A stretch of 64,000 bases of DNA from Mobula hypostoma (lineage: Eukaryota): positions 7,998,001-8,062,000 of the forward strand of contig NC_086098.1 in NCBI RefSeq assembly GCF_963921235.1, written 5' to 3'. Numbering within the stretch: position 1 is the stretch's first letter; the number at the start of each line of letters is the position of its first letter. Below are positions 1 to 12,000 of this stretch, in pieces. Below the pieces are notes generated by a model, which worked only from the letters and a program-made list of their open reading frames with translations, was not told the origin of the DNA and did no database searches. Position numbers and translations under genes: made by a program.

Positions 1-290
1 TAAGGGGTAGACCATTTAGAACAGAGTTGAGGAAAAACTTTTTCACCCAGAGAGTTGTGGTTCTGTGGAATGCTCTGCCTCAGAAGGCAGTGGAGGCCAA
101 TTCTCTGGATTCTTTCTAGAAAGAGTTAGATAGAGCTCTTAAAGATAGCGGAGTCAAGGGATATGGGGAGAAGGCAAGAACTGGATACTGATTGTGGTTG
201 ATCAGCCATGATCACAGTGAATGGCGGTGCTGGCTCGAAGGGCCGAAATTGCCTACTCCTGCACCTATTGTCTATTGTCTATTGTCTATT
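1..290 (+). mobile_element. CR1 LINE 3' end (ORF2 C-terminus, 3'UTR, (CTATTGT)n tail)
   Basis: Encodes ...FRTELRKNFFTQRVV.LWNALP; 3'UTR matches copies at 46539-47279 and 53146-53580; ctattgt x3 tail. Confidence 0.9.
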
Positions 291-585
291 TGCTACCCTT
301 TTTGATTCTGCATCCCTAATACACTGATACTCACCCTGCTGGCTGCAGTTATGTCCTATCATTTGCCTGCCCTTCATGACAGACTGTCTGCATGCTATCT
401 TTGCTTTTTTAGCATCCGACCTACCCTGAGTCCCTTCAATCTGTTTCCCACCTCACTTTCAAATTAGTTTAAACCCTCCCCAACAGCTCTAACAAACCTG
501 CCCGTGAGAATATTGGTTCCCCTCAGGTTCAGGTGCAACCTGTCACTTTTGTACAGATCATATCTTCCCCAGAAGAAATTCTGAA
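291..585 (-). mobile_element. CR1 ORF1 (esterase/SGNH-like) C-terminal fragment
   Basis: Minus strand reads FWGRYDLYKSDRLHLNLRGTNILTGRFVRAVGEGLN*; similar to 33540-33660. Confidence 0.75.
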
Positions 586-765
586 TTTGTCAGAGATTAA
601 ATTATTTGGTTCATATTTTTCAAAGTTTTAGTTTTTATTTGCATTGGGAATTAGAATCAGATTTGGTTTCAGAATTGGAATTAGAATTGGTTTAGTGTTG
701 TCACATACAGTGAAAAGCTTACCTTGCATACCGTTCATACAGATCAATTCGTTACAAATACGACT

Positions 766-872
766 TGTCCTGATGAAGGGTCTCGGCCTGAAACATCAAC
801 TGTTTACTCTTTTCCATAGATGCTACCTGGCCTGCTGAATTCCTGCAACATTTTGTGCATGTTGCTTGAATT
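766..872 (+). mobile_element. Penelope terminal-repeat fragment with decayed hammerhead motif
   Basis: gtc-CTGATGA-AGG-gtctcgg-CCT-GAAA-catc-aactg followed by the shared 'gatgctgcctggcctgctgagttcctccagc'-like block. Confidence 0.75.
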
Positions 873-894
873 CATTACAAGTAATTTTTTCCGC

Positions 895-1190
895 AGAGTT
901 CAGATGAGACTACAACTGGAGGTCATGCTTTAAGGGTGAAAGGTGAAATGCTTGGGGGAACCTGACGGGGAAGATTTTCACTCAGAGGGTGGTGAGAGTG
1001 TTGATCGAACTGCCAGTGGAAGTGGTGGATGCGATTTCAATTTCAACGTGTAAGAGAAATTATGATGGATACCTGGATGGGAGAGGTATGGAGAATTATG
1101 GGCTGGATGCAGGTCGATGGGGTTAGGCAGATTAATATTTCAGTATGATCTAATTGGGTCGAAAGGCCTGTTTCTGTAGTGTAGTGTTCT
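895..1190 (+). mobile_element. Degenerate CR1 3' fragment
   Basis: ggtcatg..aagggtgaaaggtga..ttcactcagagggtggtgagagtg motif shared with other CR1 ends. Confidence 0.7.
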
Positions 1191-1551
1191 ACACAGTGCA
1201 TTGAGGAAGGACAAGGTAAAGCAGTAACAATGCAAAATGCAGTGTAACAGCTACAGGGAAAGTGCAGTCTGGATGAGCAAGAAGAAACAAGATCATACAA
1301 GGTAGATAGTGAGCTCAAGGGTCCTATTTATTGTACCAGGGAAGTACTTAATAGTCTGACATGAACAGGGTAATATCTGTCCTTGAACCCGTGGTATATA
1401 CTGTACTTTCAGGCTTTTGCATCTTCTGTCCGATAGGAGAGGGGAGAAGAAAATAAGTCTGGAAGTAATTATGTCAGCTGCTTTACTAAACTTTGAATGG
1501 AATTTGTAATATTTGAAGATTTTAATAGACCTCAAAGGTCTTAGAATGCTT

Positions 1552-2087
1552 GGCACAGTGGCGTAGCAGTTAGTGCATCGCTTTACAGCGCCAGTGACCC
1601 GGGTTCAATTCCCACCACTGCCTGTAAGGATTTTGCACGTTCTCTTCATGACTGCATAGGTTTCCTCCGGGTGCTCTGGTTTCCTCTCACAGTCCAAAGA
1701 CATTCAGATTAGTAGATTAACTGGTCATTGTAAATTGTCCTGTGATTAGTCTAGGATTAAACACAGAATTTTACAGAAAGTTGTAAAATTAGCCCGCTCC
1801 ATCATGGGCACTAGACTCCGTAGTTTTCAAGAGATCTTCAAGGAGCAGTGTCTCGGAAAGGCAACGTTCATTATTAAGGACCCCCATCATCCAAGACATG
1901 TCCTCTTCGCATTGTTACTGTCAGGAAGGTGGTACAGAAGCCTGAAGGTACACACTCAGGGACAGTCTCTTCCCGACTATCATCCAATTTCTAAGTGGAC
2001 ATTGAACCCATGAACACTACCTGACTTGTTAAAACACATATATTATTTCTGTTTTTGCATTATTTTTGATCTATTCTATGTATATTC

Positions 2088-2128
<41 letters not shown>

Positions 2129-2415
2129 CATTGAATAGATTAAAAATTATCACAGGCATATGCTGTGAAATTTGTTAACTTAGCAGCAACACAGTACAAT
2201 GTAATATATTATATATATATTTACTGTAATTGAGTACGTATATTTTCTTTCTATATTATTATGTATTGTGCTGCTGCTGCTAAGTTAACAAATTTCAGGA
2301 CACATGCAGGTGATAATAAACCTGACTGATTCTGATTAAATTGGAGGTTTGCTGGGCAGTGCAGCTCAGCTCGTTGGGCTGGAAAGATCTGTTCCATGTT
2401 GGATCCCTAAATAAA
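1552..2415 (+). mobile_element. tRNA-derived V-domain-type SINE (HE1-like), split by a Rex1 fragment
   Basis: A/B-box head (tggcgtagcagttag / gggttcaattccc) and gggtttcctccgggtgctc..ttcctc.cacagtccaaagac core; tail resumes at ~2336; apparent TSD gattaaa around the insert. Confidence 0.8.
1762..2335 (+). mobile_element. Rex1/Babar LINE 3' fragment with (TA)n
   Basis: Encodes KDPHHPRHVLFALLLSGRWYRSL; 3'UTR ending aataaacctgactgattctga. Confidence 0.75.
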
Positions 2416-3125
2416 TCAGAATCAAAATCAGGTTTATTGTCACCGGGTGTGATGTAAAATTTGTTAACTTAGCAGCCGCAGTTCAATGCAATGTATGATA
2501 ATATCGAAAGAAAAAAAACAAAATAAAATAATAATAATAAATAAAAATGTAAATCAATTACAACATACTTATATTGAATAGATTAAAAATTGTGCAAAAA
2601 AACAGAAATACTATATGTTAAAAAAAAGTGAGGTAGTATCCAAGGGTTCAATGTCCATTTAGGAATCGGATGGCAGAGGGGAAGAAGCTGTTCCTGAATT
2701 GCTGAGTGTGTGCCTTCAGGCTTCTGTATCTCCTACCTGATGGTAACTGTGAGAAAAGGGCATGCCCTGGGTGCTGGAGGTCCTTAGTAATGGATGCTGC
2801 CTTTCTGAGACACCACTCCTTGAAGGTGTCCTGGGTCCTTTGCAGGCTAGTACCCAAGATGGAGCTGACTAAATTTACAACCCTCTAGCAGCAGTAGCCC
2901 CCCCTCCATACCAGACAGTGATGCAGCCTGCCAGAATGCTCTCCGTGGTACATCTATAGAAGTATTTAAGTGTCTTTGTTGACATACCAAATCTCTTCAA
3001 ACTCCTAATGAAGTATAGTCTCTGTCTTGCCTTTTTTATAACTGCATCGATGTGTTAGGACCAGATTAGATCCTCAGAGATCTTGACACCCAGGAATTTG
3101 AAACTACTCACTCTCTCCTGTTCTG
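2416..3125 (-). mobile_element. Rex1/Babar LINE 3' fragment
   Basis: ORF 2648-2857 KDLQHPGHALFSQLPSGRRYRSL..NSFFPSAIRFLN; same 3'UTR as 1762-2335, opposite strand. Confidence 0.8.
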
Positions 3126-3353
3126 ACCCCCAACCCTACCCCCACCCCCATGAGGATTGGTATGTAATTAATACTAAATAGCAGAGCCACTCCAAATCAC
3201 ATATTATATTTTGATAACTTTGCTGTGTCTGGGAGAATGGCTTACACACTTCAAACTTTCTCAGTTGATACGAGGCACCCAGATGTTTGACACCTGCACG
3301 TGATGATCTATAAGTGCCTGCCACCTCACCAATGAAGATCAGGTGAGTCTCTG

Positions 3354-3745
3354 TGTTACGTATGTGTAGAGCAAGAATGACAATTAAGCAGTATAATTAA
3401 ATGTTTTTATTGGGTTATGTTAACAACGGTACACACTGAGCCGCCGAGACAAAATCTAGGCGCTCAAAAGCCCGCATCAAGAGGAGTGCCTCCTGTGCAA
3501 AGGAGGCCCAAATGGTTCACCGCAGGATCAATCAGCCAGATGTGCACTTGATAATCTTGCAATCAATCTGATACTTCGTGTGGGCGTTTCTGCCAGCGAA
3601 CTGGACAATGTAAACGTGGGCACGTTCCGTAGGTCGGTGGTATCATGGACAGTGGACCATCAGATATAAACTTCAGCCCATTGTCCATTAAACCTGGTAG
3701 CTTTCCGGTAACGAAATTCCAAGCAGAATATCGAAAATATGCGGC
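3354..3745 (-). mobile_element. Possible LTR fragment (unclassified)
   Basis: Minus strand ends AATAAA...CGTAACA; CpG-rich relative to flanks; other end truncated by a CR1 piece. Confidence 0.3.
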
Positions 3746-4115
3746 AGAAGAGGATGAGAGGTCACTTGATAGAGATGTACAAGATGTCAAGAGGCATAGA
3801 TCAAGTGGACAGCCAGAGACTTTTTCCCAGGACAGTGATGGCTAACACGAGGGCCATAATTTTAAAGTGATTGGAGGAAAGTACAGGGGGAAGGTCATGT
3901 CAGAGGTACGTTCTTTACACAGAGAGTGGTGGGTGCATGGAACACCTTGTCAGGGGTGATGACAGAGGCAGATACTTCGGGGCATTTAAGAAACTCTTAG
4001 ACAGGCACGTGGATGATAGAAAACATGGAGGAGGGGTGGGTTAGATTGAATTTAGGTTAGGTTAGAAGGTTGGAACAACATTGTGGGCCAAAGGGCATGT
4101 AGTGTTCTTTGTTTT
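3746..4115 (+). mobile_element. CR1 3' fragment
   Basis: RMRG.LIE.YK...FFTQRVVGAWN-like sequence plus 3'UTR. Confidence 0.8.
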
Positions 4116-4875
4116 AAGTCCTGCTGTAAACAGAAATAAATGCACAGGAGAAATCTCCAGCTTGTGTAATATCAGGTGGTACCACTTTAAGAATTGTACC
4201 ATGCGAGCAACTATTTTCTGTTGATGCGTGCTTCACTGTAAAGGCCAGCACAGTCTTAATGCCCCTGGGAGAAATCTGTCTGGTTCAGCAGAAGATGCGA
4301 CTGTAATAAATGCTGTCTTGCAAAATATATGGTCTTTTACAAATTACTTGTCTTAGTTTGTTCAAACTATCCTCTGGCGGCTTAAATAGAGATACTGAGA
4401 AAGAATAATACGTTCAGGAACAGTTATTACCCTTCAAGCATCAGGCTCCTGAACCAGTGTAGAAACCTCACTCACCTCAGCTCTGAACTAATTGCACAGT
4501 CAGTGGACTCTCTTTCAAGGAGTGTGCAACTCAGGTTCTCAGTATTATGTAGTCATTTATTTATTTAATACTTGGACAAGTTGTCTTCTTTTGTACACTA
4601 GTTGTTTGTCTGTCTTTGTGTACAGTTATTCATTGATTCTATTGAATTCCTGCTAGAAGATGAACCTCAGGGTAGTGAATAGTGACATATGTGTACTTTG
4701 ATCATGAATTTACTTTGAACTATCAATTTAAAATTTATTTATTGTTTATTAATTAGAGGCACAGAATGGTAACCAGCCTAACAAACCCATACCACCCAAT
4801 TATACCCATGTGACCATTCACTCACTCATATGTCCTAGGAATGTGGGAGGAAACCAGAGGAGCTGGAGGAAACCC

Positions 4876-5260
4876 GATTCATCGGTACAAAGTCTTGGGC
4901 AGCGGATTCTGGTCAGAGGTTTGCTTGGATTCGGAGCAAACAGGACCTCGGACCATCTGATGAAGGTGCATCAGGGTAGTCAGCCAGCCACTGACCGCAG
5001 CTTTGAGTTTCGGACTTTGGCTGAGGAGTGTGGCTGAAAGGAGAAAGTCATTCTGTAGGGCTGCAGACTCCGAGGCAAATTAAAAGGATGCCCTTGCCTT
5101 GGGAAGAGGACTCTGATTGATTAGTCTATCTGCCTCTTTAATCACTGGCGGAGCATAAGCAGGTCTATCTCAGGAGGTTGAAGGAGGATAGCCAAAGACC
5201 AGCCTCAACGCATCACAGTTCCACTTCCCAACCCCAGACAATGACCAGCCCATCTCTTGC
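4876..5260 (+). pseudogene. Ty3/Gypsy (Sushi-like) gag remnant
   Basis: SDHLMKVHQGSQPATDRSFEFRTLAEECG*KE resembles the retrotransposon gag motif L.LRQG..SV..Y..EFR.LA...GWN; contains stops. Confidence 0.65.
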
Positions 5261-5309
5261 ATCAGATCTTGTCAAGCCAATGCTCTTCACCTGTTTTTAA
5301 ATTAGTAAT

Positions 5310-5582
5310 TTACATTTCTCCTTCTGGTTTCCTTTCCCTGCCCCTCGACAGTGAGCTCAGTATATATTTCCTTTCATCTATTTTTCTTCACTCTTTTCTT
5401 CCTTCCTGGCTTTTTCCTTCTCTTTTTCTCTTTCCTCTTCTTTCTTCTCTTTTTCCCTCCTGTTCCTTACCCATCCTTTTCTCTTTCCTTTGTCATCCTT
5501 TTATCTTCTCTTTTCTTCCTTCCTCTTTCTTTCCTTCTCCTTTTTCCTCTGTCCCGTTCCTTTTTATTTCCTTCCATCTCTT
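5310..5582. repeat. CT-rich polypyrimidine low-complexity tract
   Basis: ~270 bp almost entirely C/T on + strand. Confidence 0.9.
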
Positions 5583-5667
5583 GGTCATAGAGCACAACAG
5601 TGCAAAAACTGACCCTTTGATCCATCCATTCTGTGCCAGCCTGGTCTTCTGTCTAGTCCCATCAACC

Positions 5668-8600
5668 AGAATCATCATCATCATCATCATCATCATCAGG
5701 TGCCGTGTCCAGTTTGAGCTTTGACTGCCATGGCCCACACACTCCTGTTTCGGGTCAAGTGCATCAATTCATTGGTATTCATTTCCAGTTCTCTGGTTGC
5801 TGTCTCCATCATCATTTGTCTTTGTCTTCCTCTTGCTTTCTTCCCTTCAATCTTTCCCAAAATTACCGTGCATTCTAACTCCTCTTTCCTAATCACATGC
5901 CCAATGAAGCTATGTTGCCTTCTCATGATCTCATACATTATTTCTCTTTCTGTGTTTGCTCTGTTCATGACATCCTCGTTAGATATTTGTTTTTTCCATG
6001 ATATTCTTTGCATCCTCCTTAAAAACCACATCTCTGCTGCTACAATGCATTTCCTCATGTTACTAGATATTGTCCAACATTTGGAGCCATATAACATAAC
6101 TGGATAAACATAACATTTCAGTACTCTGAGGCAGGTTGTCATGCCTAGTTTAGTACTGGTCATTATACTCTTCATTCTCGTAAAGGTGTCTTTTGCCATC
6201 CCTATTCTTCTTTTGATGTCCATGTCGCACCTGCCATCTGATGTCACCCAGCGTCCTAAGTAGCAAGAGTTCTGTACTTGTTTTATGTCTTCCCCATTTA
6301 TTCTCAGCCTGCAGATAGGATTCTCCTTCTTCTTGGATATCACTATACATTCTGTCTTTTTGCAATTGATAGATAGACCCATTTTAGCACTGTCTTCAGC
6401 AATTATATCAATTAAGTTTTGTAGTTCTTCCTCTGTACTTGCAATTAACACAGTGTCATTTGCATATCTGAAACTACTGATGTTTTCATCGCCAACTTTG
6501 ATTACCAAGATGTCTCTTATTTTTTGTAATATTGTTTCACTATACACATTAAATAAATCAGGGGAGAAAACACACCCTTGTCCAACGCCTCTCCTGATTT
6601 TCGTAAACTGACTCACTTCTCCATCTATTCTTACAGCGGCAGTTTGTTCCCAGTACAGATTTCTGATTAGGCGGAGGTCTTTCGAATCTAGATCTGGAGT
6701 TTTCTGTAATATTTCAAATAACTTATTGTGCTTCACTTTATCAAATGCTTTTGTGTAGTCGATAAAACAAACAAACAAATATTTTTGCAATTGAATAGCT
6801 CGCTCTGATAGTATCCTCAACATCAATATTGCATTTCTTGTACCTTTGTCTTTCACAAAACCATATTATTCTTTACTTATTTCAGCTTGTATCTTACTTT
6901 TAGCTCTTGTCATCAAAATTCTGAGAAGTATCTTGGTGATATGACTCATTAAACTTATGGTTCTATGTAATTCACATTCTATTGCTCCAGGTTTCTTTGG
7001 AAGAGTGATAAATACTGATTTTTTCATCTCTTCTGGTATTATTCCAGTCTCATAAATGTCATTGATTAAAGCAGTGTTTTTCAATTCCATAATTTTTAAG
7101 GGCGATAATTTGTTCTATTACTAATTCATCAGGGCCTACTGCCTTTCCTTTCTTCATCTTATTTATTGCATTACAAACTTCAGATTTTAAAATACTTGGA
7201 CCTTCAATGTTTTTCAAAATTTCTGTTTTTTCGCCTCGATCGGCTTCAAACAATTCCTGAATATACTCAGTCCATCTGTTCATAATCTCATCTTTTTCCA
7301 TGATAATGGTACCGTCCTTTGCTTTTAAACATCCACCTGAAGAACAGAGGAGCTTTTTACCAGTGATAGTCTTGATTTGTTGATGTATCTTTTTTGGATT
7401 TTTTCTATTTGCTCACATTTCTGGTTTAACCATTCTTCTTTGGATTCTTGACATAAACTTTTTTTATCTAAGGACTTAAATACTATAGGATTTGCTTTCT
7501 TCCGTCTCCTTTCTTCCATTAGATTATTGATTTCATTTGTCATGCATTTATTCCTGGTGCTTTTTTTCTTTTTTAGGAATCACTGACTTTGCTGTTTCTA
7601 CCAAGGCATCCTTTAGAGAGTTAAATTTTATTTCTACATGATTGCTATCATCTTCAACAGATTCTATTTCTAAACTTTGAAATCTATTCCTTACTTTAAT
7701 TGTAAATCTTTGTCTTAAGTTTTCTTCTGTAATTAATTGCAAGTAGTCAAGGGATTGTTCAGGTTTTTGCTTCTTCAGTTTTTTTAAGTTTTACTTCTAC
7801 ATGACATACTATTGGGTTATGGTCACTATTACAGTCTGCACCTGGATATGTTTTGCATTGAGTCACTGAGTTTCTAAATCTTTTGTTTATAGTAATTAAG
7901 TCAATTTGATTTCTACTGTCATCACCTGGACTTTTCCAGGTCCACAAGCGTCTTGGATGGTTTTTAAAGTAGGTATTCATAATGACCTGATTATTCATCT
8001 TGCACCATTCTACCCATTTCTCACCTCTTTCATTTTTTCCCCCAGTCCAAATTTTCCTATGCTATTTCCATCAGCACCTTGTCCTACTTTAGCATTTAGA
8101 TCTCCCATGACACTAACAATATCTTGAGATTTGCAACCATTCTTTGCTTGTTCAAGCTCTTCATAGAATTAATCTATATCTTCATTTGTTCTGTCTGCTG
8201 TTGGTGCATATATCTGTATAATTGCTAAATCAAATGGTTGTCCTCTGAATCTAACAAGGAGCACTCTTTCTGATGTTGCCCAATGTCCTAAAACACTTTT
8301 TGCCATGTTTTCATCCATAAGAATTCCTGCTCCATTAGTATGGGATGTTCCACAAGAATAAATTATCACATTGTCCAATCTTCCTGCTTGATATAAGGTT
8401 CTTATATTCCAAGTGGCAATAATTTTCTTTTGTGTTACTTGAATTTTATGAGCAGGAGCTTGATGACGGTCGGGGATCCCCTGCTGACCAGAATCAACCC
8501 TACCGAGAGAAGCATCTTCAGAATTGTCTCGAAGATCCTCTTGACGCTGTTGTGTGATACATTTTGTGAGTTTGACCATGGTTTTCTTAGCAAATAGCAA

Positions 8601-8926
8601 CGGTGATTGCTATTGCCTACCATTGGGCAAACTAAAGAAATCGCTATTTCTCTTCCCAAATGCTCATCCGCCTGCACTATAGCCGTTGACATTTAAGGTC
8701 CTAGCTCATTCGCCTTCTCCGTCATAAGTTCAGTTACTGAACCTGCCGGATCTGCCATTGGCCTTCGCTCGTATCCTGAGCAGGAACCCTTGCAGGTGCT
8801 ACCATTCCGGGTCAGAGCGGCCCTGGGAACAATGAATGACTAACGGGCAACTCCACTTTCCCCAAAGCTCTGAAAGACCCCACTCAAAGCCTCATAATCG
8901 GTTGCAGTTTAGAGTCATACCCAGGA
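5668..8926 (-). mobile_element. Full-length RTE-clade LINE (APE endonuclease + RT), frameshifted
   Basis: ATWNIRTL, IQIYAPT, NQIDLI..SDHNP, GVGQGCVFSPDLFN, RYANDTVL motifs; (TGA)n tail; 8-bp TSD catcaacc at 5660-5667 and 8927-8934; sits inside an older CR1 3' end. Confidence 0.92.
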
Positions 8927-9171
8927 CATCAACCTGCACCCAGACTATAACCATCAATACCCTTCCCATCCATGTATCTATCCAAATTTCTCTTAAATGT
9001 TGAAATCGGACCCACATGCACAACTTCTGCTGGCAGTTCATTCCACACTCTCACCACTCTCTAAGTGAAGAAACTCCTCCCAGGTTTTCCTTGAATATTT
9101 CATCTTTCACAATTAAACTATGATATCTAATTCTAGGCTCACCCTACTTTGTACTTACCCAATCTATACAT

Positions 9172-9875
9172 TGGAGGATACTTGGTGCTGTGGAGGAGCA
9201 GAGGGACCTGGGGATACATGTCAACAGATCCCTGAAAGTTGCCTCACAGGTGAATAGGGTAGTTAAGAAAACTTATGGGGTGTTAGCTTTCTTAAGTCGA
9301 GGGATAGAGTTTAAGGGTCGCGATGTAATGACGCTCTATAAAACTCTGGTTCGGCCACACTTGGAGTACCATGTCCAGTTCTGGTCGCCTCGCTACAGGA
9401 AGGATGTGGAAGCATTGGAAAGGGTACAGAGGAGATTTACCAGGATGCTGCCTGGTTTAGAGAGCATGGATTATGACCAGAGATTAAGGGAGCTAGGGCT
9501 TTACTCTTTGGAGAGAAGGAGGATGAGAGGAGACATGATAGAGGTGTACAAGATATTAAGAGGAATAGATAGAGTGGATAGCCAGCGTCTCTTCCCCAGG
9601 GCACCACTGCTGAATACAAAGGGACATGGCTTTAAGGTAAGGGGTGGGAAGTTCAAGGGGGATATTAGAGGAAGGTTTTTTACTCAGAGAGTGGTTGGTG
9701 CGTGGAATGCACTGCCTGAGTCAGTGGTGGAGGCAGATACACTAGTGAAGTTTAAGAAACTACTAGGCAGGTATATGGAGGAATTTAAGGTGGGGGGTTA
9801 TATGGGAGGTAGGGTTTGAGGGTCGGCACAACATTGTGGGCCGAAGAGCCTGTAATGTGCTGTACTATTCTATAT
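9172..9875 (+). mobile_element. 5'-truncated CR1 LINE
   Basis: ORF 9190-9819 LVRPHLEY..FWSP..ERVQRRFT; close to copy 57355-58010. Confidence 0.92.
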
Positions 9876-10484
9876 ACTCCTTATAAGTTTATATACCTCT
9901 ATCAGAGATTTGTATGTTTCTTTATGTTTGTTGAATATAGCCGCTGCAGTCTGCATTTTGACTGCTGTATTTCCTACATTACAATAGGCACTGAAATTCA
10001 GAGATACATTGGGTGCAAGGTGCTAGATGACATCATACTTTTACGACAGGCACTATAGAAATGCCAGTTATCAGCTTAATCCAGTTGTAAATTTTTGTTA
10101 CTGTGATTTCTTTCTAGAGTTTCAATGATATATAAAGTAACTCACTTTTCAGCTCCATTAATAACTGTATTCCTTTTAATTCCCACCAGAAACAGCAGTG
10201 ACAATGCTATCATGCTGCCACTTGCTGTTCCTATCTGTTGATATTATCAGACAAACTCATTCACCTCAGTTTTGGTACTTTTTTACTCCTTGAGTCTTGA
10301 TTTCCAATAAGTGAAAGATTCACAAGGTAGCCATGGCTAATTTCAGTGCAATGTTGCCCACGTGATTGAAGACAAGAGCTGCTCCCATCTGTATCCCACA
10401 AGAAGGAATGAGATTTTCTATCTCTCATTTAAAAGAACTTCGCCAACATTGTGTGTTATCCAGTGGCACGGTAGCATAGCATAA

Positions 10485-11635
10485 ATTGGGAACAGATGTT
10501 CTCAGGGAAATGTACGGAAGAAATGTGACAAATGCTCAGGGGATATTTGCGTCGAGTTCTGCATAGGTACATTCCAATGAGACAGGGAAAGGATGGTAGG
10601 GTACAGGAACCGTGGTGTACAAACCGCCAACTTTTGTGCCATCAGCAAAAACTAACACATCCCTCCACTTCCTCATCCAGGTCACTTATAAAATCACAAA
10701 GAGAAGGGGTCCCAGAATAGGTCCCTGAGACACACCACTGGTCACTGACCTCCAAGCAGAATATGACTCATCTATAACCACTCTTTGCCTTCTGTGGGCA
10801 AGTTAGTTCTGGATCCACAAAGCAATGCCCCCTTGGATCCCATGCCTCCTTACTTTCTCAATAAGCCTTGCATGGGGTACCTTATCAAATGCCTTGCTGA
10901 AACCTATATACACTACAACTACTGCTCGACCTCCATCAATGTGTCCAGTCACATCCTCAAAAAATTCAATGGGGCTCATAAGGCACAACCTGCCCTTGAC
11001 AAAGCCATGCTGACTATTCCTAATCATATTATACCTCTCCAAATGTTCATAAATCCTGCCTCTCAGGATCTTTTCCATCAACTTACCAACCACTGAAGTA
11101 AGACTCACTGGTCTATAATTTCCTGGGCTACCTCTACTCATTTTCTTGGATAAGGGAACAACATCCGCAACCCTCCAATCCTCTGGAACCTCTCCCGTCC
11201 TCATTGATAATGCAAAGATCATCACCAGAGGCTCAGCAATTTCCTTCCTCACCTCCCACAGTAGCTGGGGTGCATCTTGTCCGGTCCCAGTGACTTATCC
11301 AACATGATGCTTTCCAAATGCTCCAGCACATTAATATCTTAATATCTATATGTTCAAGCTTTTCAGTCCACTGTAAATCATCCCTACAATCACCAAGAAC
11401 CTTTTCCATAGTGAATACTGAAGCAAAGTGCTCATTAAGTACCCCTGCTCCCTCCTCCAGCTCCATACATACTTTTCCACTGTCACACTTGATTGGTCTT
11501 ATTCTCTCATGTCTTATCCTGCTAGCCTTGTAATCTTCTAGATCTCTATCATCACCTAGTTTTTTGAACCTTTTGTAAGCTTTTCTTTTCTTCTTGACTA
11601 GATTTACAACAGCCTTTGTACACCATGGTTCCTGT
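10485..11635. mobile_element. CR1 ORF2 internal fragment with inversion (+ 10485-10623, - 10624-11635)
   Basis: ORF 10803-11252 NYRPVSLTSVVGK..FSKAFDKVPH; 21-bp inverted duplication at the breakpoints. Confidence 0.8.
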
Positions 11636-11769
11636 TCCTGTGTGTTGCTTGGATTTCCAGTATCTGCAGATTTTCTCTTGTCTGTAATTACTGGTCCTTT
11701 ATTACTAGACTAGACTTGATGGGCCGAATAGCCTACTTCTGCTCCTATATCTTATGGTCTTATGGTCTT

Positions 11770-12000
11770 TAGCCTTACCCACACCCGGGTTTGTCGATTG
11801 AACCAGGTTTTCAATATAAAGAGAATTCTGGATTCACAAACTATTCAGGATGTTTAGCAGTTTCTTGTAGACTGGGAAGGATTCAGACCAGAGCAATGAT
11901 GCTGGATTCCTGAAAGAGACATCTTGGATCCACGACTACAATCATCGTCTCTCTGTGCTGCCAGGGCCGTCAGGAGACAGACATAGGGGAGGGGACACAC
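11770..12000 (+). pseudogene. Chromoviral Gypsy integrase C-terminal chromodomain remnant plus polypurine tract
   Basis: 11807-11938 reads VFNIKRILDSQTIQDV*QFLVDWEGFRPEQ*CWIPERDILDPRL; AGGGGAGGGG at 11985-11994. Confidence 0.75.

Noticed and set aside
1552..1625. tRNA-like sequence (also at 24699, 46089, 48650 and 50930)
   Set aside because: These are SINE heads with A/B boxes; no complete cloverleaf, so not tRNA genes.
4955..4975. CTGATGAAGG resembling a hammerhead core
   Set aside because: No stem II-GAAA-NUH follows; it lies within the gag-like frame.
5257..5738. ORFs of 155, 79 and 81 aa rich in F/S/L or K/E
   Set aside because: Translations of the CT-rich tract and the (ATC)n RTE tail.
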